Part shown: piece by piece, positions 1-6,523 of the stretch
How positions within the stretch are numbered: position 1 is the stretch's first letter
Layout of the letters: each line of letters opens with the position of its first letter
Assembly: GCA_023432855.1 (NCBI GenBank)
Contig: JAEZEZ010000019.1
Coordinates: forward strand, 2,988 to 66,987
DNA length: 64,000 nt
Direction: 5' to 3'
Source of the DNA: Pseudomonadota bacterium
GTDB lineage: Bacteria > Pseudomonadota > Alphaproteobacteria > Caulobacterales > Caulobacteraceae
Notes under the pieces: generated by a model
Told to the model about the DNA's origin: nothing
The model's database searches: none
Seen by the model: only the letters and a program-made list of their open reading frames with translations
Made by a program: the position numbers and the translations under genes

Positions 1-168
1 CACCAGGTTGGCGGCGAAGATCAGCACCAGTCCGCTGTCGTTGAGCCGCATGCGCCGGATCTCCTGGCCGCGGAAGGCGGTCCAGGCGGCGATGACGAGG
101 GCGGCGCCCAGGCCCATGGCGATCCACGCGCCGGTGCTGGCGACGACAGCCGGGTCCGGACCGATCAC
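1..168 (-). CDS. N-terminal 56 codons of a hydrophobic membrane protein; the gene continues past the left edge of the window
   Basis: GTG at 166-168 (minus strand) is preceded 8 nt upstream by GGAGG (plus-strand CCTCC at 177-181). My translation is VIGPDPAVVASTGAWIAMGLGAALVIAAWTAFRGQEIRRMRLNDSGLVLIFAANLV, which looks like a TM segment. It is not PntB-like. It is too short in the window to appear in the ORF track. Confidence 0.35.
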   Translation of the reverse strand, partial: MIGPDPAVVASTGAWIAMGLGAALVIAAWTAFRGQEIRRMRLNDSGLVLIFAANLV

Positions 169-264
169 GCACCGCCCCTCCTGTCCCCCGGAGCCATCGT
201 CAGTGGACCAACGGCATGGCCGGCAGGCTGGGCCCGGCAATCAGGACGATCGCGGAGGGCATGC

Positions 265-567
265 TCACGCCCCCTGCTCGCTGGCCCGCGGGCGCCGGCG
301 GCGCAGCGCCGCGATCAGCTGGAAGACCACCGCCGTCGCCAGGGCCAGCACCACATAGGCGATGGCGCCCGGGCGGCCTTCGTCAGCGGCCATGCCGACC
401 AGGGTGGGCATGGCCAGCAGCGCGGCGCCGGTGAGAAGCAGGCCCAGGCTGCTGGACGGCCGCACGTAGGGGCGGTTGCGCAGGAAGGCGGCGACGTAGC
501 CCCCGATCGCCGCAAGCGCCGCGATCCAGCATATCCAGTCGAGGGTGATCAGCAGGCCCGGGCTCAT
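265..567 (-). CDS. small (about 100 aa) three-TM membrane protein of unknown function
   Basis: Internal start MSPGLLITLDWICWIAALAAIGGYVAAF within track ORF 265..807. Its ATG (565-567) overlaps the pntAB TGA stop (564-566) as ATGA. The protein has three hydrophobic stretches. Confidence 0.5.
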   Translation of the reverse strand: MSPGLLITLDWICWIAALAAIGGYVAAFLRNRPYVRPSSSLGLLLTGAALLAMPTLVGMAADEGRPGAIAYVVLALATAVVFQLIAALRRRRPRASEQGA

Positions 568-881
568 TTCGCCGCCTTCTTCTTGTACATGGCCAGCATC
601 CGCTGGGTGACCAGGAAGCCGCCGAAGATGTTGACCCCGGCAAGCGCCGCCGCGACCACGCCTGCGCCCTTGCTGATCCAGGCCCGCGCCCCTTCCTGCT
701 CCCCGCTCATGGCCGCCGCCGCCAGCAGGGCGCCGACGATGATGACCGAGGAAATGGCGTTGGTGACGGCCATCAGCGGCGTATGCAGCGCGGGCGTCAC
801 GCTCCACACCACGTAGTAGCCGACGAAGATCGCCAGCACGAAGATGGCCAGGCGGAAGACGGTGGGATCGACGTGTTCCAT
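564..881 (-). CDS. pntAB: NAD(P) transhydrogenase subunit alpha part 2 (small membrane subunit)
   Basis: 105-aa product MEHVDPTVFRLAIFVLAIFVGYYVVWSVTPALHTPLMAVTNAISSVIIVGALL matches the conserved PntAB signature. It lies 2 nt downstream of pntAA. Confidence 0.9.
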   Translation of the reverse strand: MEHVDPTVFRLAIFVLAIFVGYYVVWSVTPALHTPLMAVTNAISSVIIVGALLAAAAMSGEQEGARAWISKGAGVVAAALAGVNIFGGFLVTQRMLAMYKKKAAK

Positions 882-883
882 GG

Positions 884-2008
884 CTATGCCTTCAGTCCTT
901 CATGCACCACCGCGCCGTCGCGGGTGACGAGCGCCGCCTTGAGGATCTCGTCCTCCCAGTCGGGCGCAACCGCGCCCTCCTTCGCCAGCAGGCCGACGAA
1001 GGCCAGCAGGTTCTTGGCGTAAAGGCCCGAGGCGTCGGCGGCGACGCGGCCGGGCAGGTTGCCAAGCCCCACGATCTTCACGCCGTTGGCGGTTTCGACG
1101 ACCTCGCCCGGACGCGAGCCCTCGACGTTGCCGCCCTGCTCGACGGCCAGGTCGACGATCACCGAGCCCGGCTTCATCGACGCCACGTGCGCGGCGGAGA
1201 CGAGCCGGGGCGCCGGGCGGCCGGGAATCAGGGCGGTGGTGATGACCACGTCCTGCTTCTGGATGTGGCTGGCCACCAGCGCCGCCTGCTCGGCCTTGTA
1301 GGCGTCGCTCATTTCCTTGGCGTAGCCGCCGGCGGTCTCGGCCTGCCTGAACTCCTCGTTCTCGACCGCGATGAACTTGGCGCCCAGCGAGGCGACCTGT
1401 TCCTTGGCGGCGGGGCGCACGTCGGTGGCGGTGACCACCGCGCCCAGCCGCCGGGCGGTGGCGATGGCCTGCAGGCCGGCGACGCCGACGCCGATCACGA
1501 ACACCTTGGCCGCGGCCACCGTGCCGGCGGCGGTCATCATCATCGGGAAGACCCGGCCGTACGCCTCCGCCGCCTCGATCACCGCCCGGTATCCGGCGAG
1601 GTTCGCCTGGCTGGACAGGGCGTCCATGACCTGGGCGCGGGTGATGCGGGGGACGAATTCCATCGCAAACGCCGAGGCCCCGGACTTCGCCAGGGCCTGC
1701 AGCAGTTCCTTCTCGCGATAGGGGTCGAGCAGGGCGACGACAGCGGCGCCCTTCTTCAGGGCCGACACCTGGCCCTGCTCCGGGCCACGCACCGACAGCA
1801 CGATGTCGGCCTTGTCGAGCACCTCGCCCACGACGCGGGCTCCGGCCTCGGCGTAGGCGGCGTCGGGATAGGAGGCGGCCTGTCCGGCGCCGGTCTCGAC
1901 CAGCACCTCCGCGCCCATGGCGACGAACTTCCTGACCGTATCGGGGGTCGCCGCGACGCGCGTCTCGCCGGCGCGCCGCTCCCTGATCACAGCGATCGTG
2001 AACCCCAC
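884..2008 (-). CDS. pntAA: NAD(P) transhydrogenase subunit alpha part 1 (alanine-dehydrogenase-like dI domain)
   Basis: Track ORF 884..2143. The conserved N-terminus VGFTIAVIRERRAGETRVAATPDTVRKF starts at GTG 2006-2008. A Rossmann motif VFVIGVGVAGLQAIATARRLGA is present. The upstream extension is Arg/Pro-rich junk. Confidence 0.9.
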   Translation of the reverse strand: MGFTIAVIRERRAGETRVAATPDTVRKFVAMGAEVLVETGAGQAASYPDAAYAEAGARVVGEVLDKADIVLSVRGPEQGQVSALKKGAAVVALLDPYREKELLQALAKSGASAFAMEFVPRITRAQVMDALSSQANLAGYRAVIEAAEAYGRVFPMMMTAAGTVAAAKVFVIGVGVAGLQAIATARRLGAVVTATDVRPAAKEQVASLGAKFIAVENEEFRQAETAGGYAKEMSDAYKAEQAALVASHIQKQDVVITTALIPGRPAPRLVSAAHVASMKPGSVIVDLAVEQGGNVEGSRPGEVVETANGVKIVGLGNLPGRVAADASGLYAKNLLAFVGLLAKEGAVAPDWEDEILKAALVTRDGAVVHEGLKA

Positions 2009-2260
2009 GCCGGCCCCTCGCGTCCTGGTTAATCCGGAGACGGGGACGTTAGGCTGACCCGGCGGGCGGCGTAAAGCCACTCTCCTTCTCGTTTTTCGAG
2101 AAGGATGGCCCGGCATGCCGGCGCGCGCAGCGCAAAGGCCCATGCCGGAGGATGAGCGGGAAGCGGGACGGTGGCGGGGCGACCCTCACGCGACAGCGAT
2201 TCCCGCTCACTCTCCCGCGCAAGAACCTCCGGCGCCGAAGCGCCTCCGGTGCGCGGGGCC

Positions 2261-2289
2261 CTCTCTCTCGGAGGCGAGAGAGAGAGAGA
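2261..2289. repeat. (TC)4-5 / (GA)7 dinucleotide inverted repeat hairpin
   Basis: CTCTCTCTC (2261-2269), loop GGAGGC, then GAGAGAGAGAGAGA (2276-2289). It sits in the intergenic region between the subunit IV-like gene stop and the pntAA start. Confidence 0.6.
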
Positions 2290-2294
2290 TGTCG

Positions 2295-2528
2295 TTAGTG
2301 CGCCTCGGGCTTCTTGCGCAGCATGAACCAGCCCAGCACCATCATCACCACGAAGGCGATGGCGCCCGGGAAGAAGCCCGCGTCGGTGGCGAACCAGATG
2401 GTAAGGCCGAGCAGGCTCGCCGCGGTCAGCAGCGATCCCCACTTGGTCAGGCCCATGAACAGGTCGTAGGTCGCCTTCTGCTCCGAGATGTCCATCTGGC
2501 CGCGGTGGTATTCCTCGTGCTCGGCCAT
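2295..2528 (-). CDS. aa3-type cytochrome c oxidase subunit IV family small membrane protein
   Basis: Internal ATG (2526-2528) gives MAEHEEYHRGQMDISEQKATYDLFMGLTKWGSLL followed by two TM segments. The H..G.MDI..Q..T pattern is typical of bacterial COX subunit IV (COX4_pro_2-like). Confidence 0.7.
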   Translation of the reverse strand: MAEHEEYHRGQMDISEQKATYDLFMGLTKWGSLLTAASLLGLTIWFATDAGFFPGAIAFVVMMVLGWFMLRKKPEAH

Positions 2529-2748
2529 GGCCGGCGTCTCCTCAGGAAAGGCTTCGAATTCAGGGGCGGACCTATACCACGCCGCCGCCGGGCTCAAGCT
2601 GTCACGTCGCGGATCGCCCCCGTCCGCGAAGCTCGGCAGTATCGTTCCGGCACACAATAACCCGATCTTCACCCGCGCCCCGTACAACGAAGGCTGAAAC
2701 GACCCGGGACGTCAGATTCCGGGCGCTCAAGGTGGACGGGTGTTTCCA

Positions 2749-4191
2749 ATGGCCAAGACGGTTCTCGTCGTCGACGACGACCCGACGCAGCGGCGTCTCA
2801 TCCAGGCGGTTCTCGACCGCGAGGGCTACGAGGTGGTCCACGCCGAGAACGGGCGCGAGGCGCTCGAGCGGCTCCAGCACGGCGGCGGCGCCGACGTGGT
2901 CCTGCTCGACCTCGTCATGCCCGGCCTGTCGGGCATCGAGACCCTGACCGAGGCGCGCGCCGCGGGCGTACGCACGCCTGTCGTGGTCCTTACCGCCACC
3001 GGCGGCATCGACACGGTCGTGAAGGCGATGCAGGCCGGGGCCCAGGACTTCTTCGTCAAGCCGGCCAGCCCGGAGCGGATCCTGATCTCGATCCGCAACG
3101 CCCTGCAGACCGGCGACCTGGTGGCCGAAGTGGACCGGCTGAAGAAGCGATCGACCAACCAGACGGGCTTCGACGACCTCGTCGGAAACTCGCCGGCCAT
3201 GACCATGGTCAAGCGCCTGGGAGAGCGGGCGGCGAAGTCCGCCATCCCCGTCCTGATCCTGGGCGAGAGCGGCGTCGGCAAGGAAATGATCGCCCGCGCC
3301 GTGCACGGCGATTCCGAGCGCGCCGGCCGCCCCTTCGTGGCCGTGAACTGCGGCGCCCTGCCCGCCAACCTCGTCGAATCGATCCTGTTCGGGCACGAGA
3401 AGGGCAGCTTCACCGGCGCCACTGACAAGCACCTGGGCAAGTTCCAGGAGGCCAACGGCGGCTCGCTGTTCCTGGACGAGGTCGGGGAGCTCCCGCTCGA
3501 GATGCAGGTCAAGCTGCTGCGCGCCCTGCAGGAGCGCGAGATCGACCCGGTCGGCTCCAAGCGGCCGGTGAAGGTGGACGTGCGCATCATCGCCGCCACC
3601 AACCGCGACCTGGCCCAGGCCGTGGCCGAGGGCCGCTTCCGCGAGGACCTGTTCTATCGCCTGAACGTCTTCCCGATCGAGGCGCCGTCCCTGCGCGAGC
3701 GCCGCGAGGACATCCCGGCCCTGGTCGATCACTTCGTCCGCCGCTTCAACGTCGAGGAAGGCAAGCGAGTCGTGGGCGCCACGCCCGAGACGCTGGCCCT
3801 GCTGCAGGGCTTCGACTGGGCCGGCAACGTCCGCCAGCTCGAGAACGCGGTCTATCGGGCCATCGTCCTGTGTGACGGCATGTACCTGCAGCCGCACGAC
3901 TTCCCGGCTATTTCGGGCGTCGCCGCGCCGCTGCCCGAGGCCGTCGACCGGCCCGCGGCGACGGTCGTCGCGGCGCTGCCGGCGGCGCCCGACGCGCCGG
4001 TGCGGTTCCTCGACGAGAAGGGCCACCTGCGCAAGCTCGAGGAGGTCGAACGCGACCTCATCCAGCACGCCATCGACGTCTATGCCGGCCACATGAGCGA
4101 AGTCGCCCGCCGCCTCGGCATCGGCCGCTCCACCCTCTACCGCAAGGTCCGCGAGCAGGGCATCGAGGTGGAGCTGAAGGAGGCGGGTTGA
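2749..4191 (+). CDS. tacA: sigma-54-dependent response regulator (receiver + AAA+ + Fis-type HTH), TacA-like
   Basis: [17 protein letters not shown] receiver domain with DLVMPG. Walker [15 protein letters not shown]-type loop (GSFTGA), ESELFGHEKG-like [10 protein letters not shown], and a C-terminal [11 protein letters not shown]. Its position a few genes from gapR mirrors Caulobacter tacA. The symbol is tentative. Confidence 0.85.
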   Translation: MAKTVLVVDDDPTQRRLIQAVLDREGYEVVHAENGREALERLQHGGGADVVLLDLVMPGLSGIETLTEARAAGVRTPVVVLTATGGIDTVVKAMQAGAQDFFVKPASPERILISIRNALQTGDLVAEVDRLKKRSTNQTGFDDLVGNSPAMTMVKRLGERAAKSAIPVLILGESGVGKEMIARAVHGDSERAGRPFVAVNCGALPANLVESILFGHEKGSFTGATDKHLGKFQEANGGSLFLDEVGELPLEMQVKLLRALQEREIDPVGSKRPVKVDVRIIAATNRDLAQAVAEGRFREDLFYRLNVFPIEAPSLRERREDIPALVDHFVRRFNVEEGKRVVGATPETLALLQGFDWAGNVRQLENAVYRAIVLCDGMYLQPHDFPAISGVAAPLPEAVDRPAATVVAALPAAPDAPVRFLDEKGHLRKLEEVERDLIQHAIDVYAGHMSEVARRLGIGRSTLYRKVREQGIEVELKEAG

Positions 4192-4244
4192 CGGGTCGAC
4201 CGACCAGTCTCCCGGCCCCGGCCGCCGCAGCAAAATGAGGTTGA

Positions 4245-5023
4245 TGGGGTGACCGGTCCACGGCGCGATTGATCCTGCTCAAGGCGGCGCCGGTCTTCCG
4301 CAGCCATCCTTCCTGGCGGCGCGAGGGCGCGGAGCGGCTGGTCCTCGTGGCGCCCTACCTCTGCTACATGCGCCAGGACGCCCTGCTCCGGGCGAGCCGG
4401 CCAGCCAGCGGGTGGTCGGTCGTCTCCTCGCCGACCTCTTCGATCGCGTCGTCACGGTGGATCCGCATCTGCACCGCACCCGCGCGCTGGGCCAGGCGCT
4501 GCCCGGAACCGAGGCCGACAGCGTGTCGGCGGCCGACGCCTGCCGCAGGTGGCTGGACCGCCTTCCCGACGACACGGTCGTCATTGGCCCCGACTCCGAG
4601 GCGGCCCAATGGGTCGAGCCCCTTGCCGGCGGGCGCGACTGGGCGGTGCTCAGCAAGACGCGCCTAGGCGACAGGGCCGTAGAGATGGAAATCGAGGACA
4701 CGATGGATCTCGCGGGCCGGCCCGGGCTGCTTGTCGACGACGTCTGCTCGACGGGCGTCACCCTGATGCGGGCGGCGGAACTGCTGAAGCGCCGCGGCGC
4801 GGCGGAGGTGACAGCGCTGGTCACGCACGCCCTGTTCGACCGGCGAACGGCGCGGGCCCTTCGCGAGGCGGGGGTGACGCGGATCGTCTCCACCGATTCC
4901 GTCCGGCACCCGACGAATCGAATACGCCTCGCCGGCACGCTGGCCGCCGCCCTGGCCCCGGCACTGCGCCGCCAGGAAGCCCGACCGACCCTCCAGCCCT
5001 GCGGCCACACGCCGGATTTCTGA
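4245..5023 (+). pseudogene. ribose-phosphate pyrophosphokinase (Prs)-like gene, 5-prime truncated and frameshifted
   Basis: Frame A (4245-4383) carries LVLVAPYLCYMRQD, the PRPP-synthetase PY..YARQD motif. Frame B (from about 4382) continues PGEPASQRVVGRLLADLFDRVVTVDPHLH ... LLVDDVCSTGVTLMRAAELLKRRGA, the PRPP-binding loop. A frame switch is required near 4380-4390. Only about 45 codons precede the RQD motif, where about 100 are expected, and the tacA stop is at 4191. Confidence 0.6.
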
Positions 5024-5220
5024 AGTAAGTGACGAGCAGGACGTCGAAGTTGAGCTGACGGAGAGGCCGCGCATGGGCGTGGACTAGCAACCCGGCTTGC
5101 CACTCACCCCCGAACCAGTGTGCGATTCCGCCTCGCGGCCGCGGGTTCCGCCGCCGCGACGGCGGTCTTTGACAATTGAACTTCAGCGATGACTCGGATC
5201 ACGGTTTTCGAGGGGTGAAT

Positions 5221-5313
5221 TCCCTGTTCCGGAACGCTGAAATTCCCTGTTCCGGGACGGCCAAATCCCTGTTCCGGGACGGTGAATTTCCCTGTTCCGA
5301 GTTCCCTGTTTCC
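5221..5313. repeat. array of five direct TCCCTGTT(T)CC repeats, unit about 22-23 bp
   Basis: Copies start at 5221, 5244, 5266, 5289 and 5303, with spacings of 23, 22, 23 and 14 bp. An inverted copy (GAAACAGGGA) lies at 5371-5380. Confidence 0.85.
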
Positions 5314-5434
5314 GGCTGAAAACCGCAAAAATTTCAATGCTGCGGTTGTTTGAGAATTTTCTGGCATCGGGAAACAGGGATCGGCAGGCGCGAGGACGGC
5401 GAACACCGGGGACGGGATGGCGGTCGCAGACCGC

Positions 5435-5480
5435 TTCCTGTCCCCGAAGGTCGCCTGCGTCCTGCGTTCGGGGACAGGAA
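5435..5480. repeat. perfect 14-bp inverted repeat (stem-loop)
   Basis: TTCCTGTCCCCGAA (5435-5448) and TTCGGGGACAGGAA (5467-5480) are separated by an 18-nt spacer. Confidence 0.85.
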
Positions 5481-5520
5481 CGCGCCTGCGGCGCCGATCC
5501 AGTCCCCGAAGCGGCGCCGG

Positions 5521-5742
5521 CCGCTGTTCGACGGAACAGCGAAATAACAGCGGGGAACAGCGAGAAAACAGCGGGCGGAGTCGGCAAGGGCGGCGGCGCG
5601 CCCTCGTCCTTCGACACGCTCAGGATGAGGGCGACTGAGACGACGGTAGCCCCGAAATCCTCATCCTGAGCCTGTCGAAGGACGAGGATTTCGCTCCGCC
5701 CCGCTGTTCGCCGGAACAGCGGGAAAACAGCGGGAAACAGCG
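5521..5742. repeat. two copies of a roughly 50-bp segment (palindrome plus phased AACAGCG repeats), 180 bp apart
   Basis: CCGCTGTTCGaCGGAACAGCG (5521-5541) and CCGCTGTTCGcCGGAACAGCG (5701-5721) match at 20 of 21 positions. Each is followed by AACAGCG repeats at 10-11 bp phasing (starts 5535, 5546, 5556, 5567 and 5715, 5726, 5736). Confidence 0.85.
5602..5687. repeat. 29-bp-arm imperfect palindrome (REP/MITE-like intergenic element)
   Basis: CCTCGTCCTTCGACACGCTCAGGATGAGG (5602-5630) pairs with CCTCATCCTGAGCCTGTCGAAGGACGAGG (5659-5687) with one mismatch and a 28-nt loop. The arms translate as the SLSKDE / FD.LRMR strings often seen in spurious ORFs over alphaproteobacterial intergenic palindromes. 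Confidence 0.75.
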
Positions 5743-5751
5743 GGCAGACGC

Positions 5752-6111
5752 CTACTCCGGCTTCTTCCGTGTGAAGCCCTTGCGCGGTTTGAACTCGCGC
5801 TTCTCGCCCTTGGCCTTGGCGGTGATCTCTTTCAGCTTGCGGCCCTGCATCACCGACAGGGGCGCCGAAAGGTCGCCCTTGTCGGCGTCGCCGAAGGCGC
5901 GGCCGTAGGTCTTCACCCGCTCGGCCACGGAGCCGAGGAATTCGTCCTCCCACTCCGACAGCTGCACGCCGGTGCGCGCGGCGATGCGCTGGGCCTTCTT
6001 GAGGGCGTTGACGGCAGCCTTTTTCGCCCGGTCTCGGGCGACCTGCGCCGGGTGCTTGCCGGGCTTGGGCGGGCGGGCCGCCTTGCCCTTGCCGGGAGGC
6101 TTTCGCTGCAC
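5752..6111 (-). CDS. highly basic hypothetical protein (Lys/Arg-rich termini), downstream of gapR
   Basis: 119-aa ORF with a GTG start, 15 nt after the gapR stop on the same strand. Sequence MQRKPPGKGKAARPPKPGKHPAQV ... KGEKREFKPRKGFTRKKPE. I recognise no family. Confidence 0.55.
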   Translation of the reverse strand: MQRKPPGKGKAARPPKPGKHPAQVARDRAKKAAVNALKKAQRIAARTGVQLSEWEDEFLGSVAERVKTYGRAFGDADKGDLSAPLSVMQGRKLKEITAKAKGEKREFKPRKGFTRKKPE

Positions 6112-6125
6112 CCGGCCGACCGCGA

Positions 6126-6401
6126 TCAGATCTCGCCGATGGCCGACAGATAGAGGTCGAGGATCGCCTCCTCCTCCTGGCGCTTGGCCTTGTCCTGCTT
6201 GCGCAGGCGGACGACCTTGCGGAGGATCTTGGTGTCGAAGCCCTCGCCCTTGGCCTCGGCCATCACTTCCTTGATGTCGCCGGCGATGGCGGCCTTGTCC
6301 TCCTCGAGCCGCTCGATGCGCTCGATGATGGTCTTCAGCCGGCCCTGGGCCGTGGCGGTCATGACGTCGGGGTGGGAAGCGAAGGACGCGTCGTCGGCCA
6401 T
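6126..6401 (-). CDS. gapR: GapR nucleoid-associated protein (DUF2312/UPF0335 family)
   Basis: From the internal ATG (6399-6401): [91 protein letters not shown]. This is near-identical in pattern to Caulobacter GapR. Confidence 0.9.
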   Translation of the reverse strand: MADDASFASHPDVMTATAQGRLKTIIERIERLEEDKAAIAGDIKEVMAEAKGEGFDTKILRKVVRLRKQDKAKRQEEEAILDLYLSAIGEI

Positions 6402-6523
6402 GGCGGTCGAGGCTCCGAAAGAGAACTGCGGGATCGGCCCGACGCTAACCATGCGGCTTCCGCCGGCTCAACCGGCGCGGCGCGATTGGCTGCGGACCGC
6501 GACCTTCCGGCTGTGGATAAGCC

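Noticed and set aside
2602-4233. 543-aa minus-strand ORF antisense to the tacA-like gene. Similar long antisense or off-frame ORFs include 902..2032 +, 8990..10258 -, 11755..13008 -, 23086..24582 +, 39708..41348 -, 60950..62764 - and 62605..63798 -.
   Set aside because: Their translations are Arg/Gly/Asp/Pro/His-rich smears with no recognisable motifs. Each lies opposite a gene with clear family signatures. These are classic shadow ORFs caused by stop-codon scarcity in high-GC DNA.
5221-5313. Possible CRISPR array, given regularly spaced short direct repeats.
   Set aside because: The repeat core is only about 11 bp with about 11-bp spacers, against about 28-37 bp repeats with similar-sized unique spacers in a CRISPR array. 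The inter-repeat sequences are themselves similar, and no cas genes are nearby.
5361-5376. Possible sigma54 promoter (CTGGCATCGGGAAACA) near the tacA-like activator.
   Set aside because: The -24 GG element is plausible, but the -12 element at the required spacing reads AACA rather than TTGC. No downstream gene is in the right orientation.
5104-5953. ORFs 5104..5406 -, 5183..5953 - and 5337..5669 + spanning the repeat-rich intergenic region.
   Set aside because: They are translated straight through tandem and palindromic DNA repeats, which is where the SLSKDE/LRMR-type strings come from. They have no start context and no protein-like composition.
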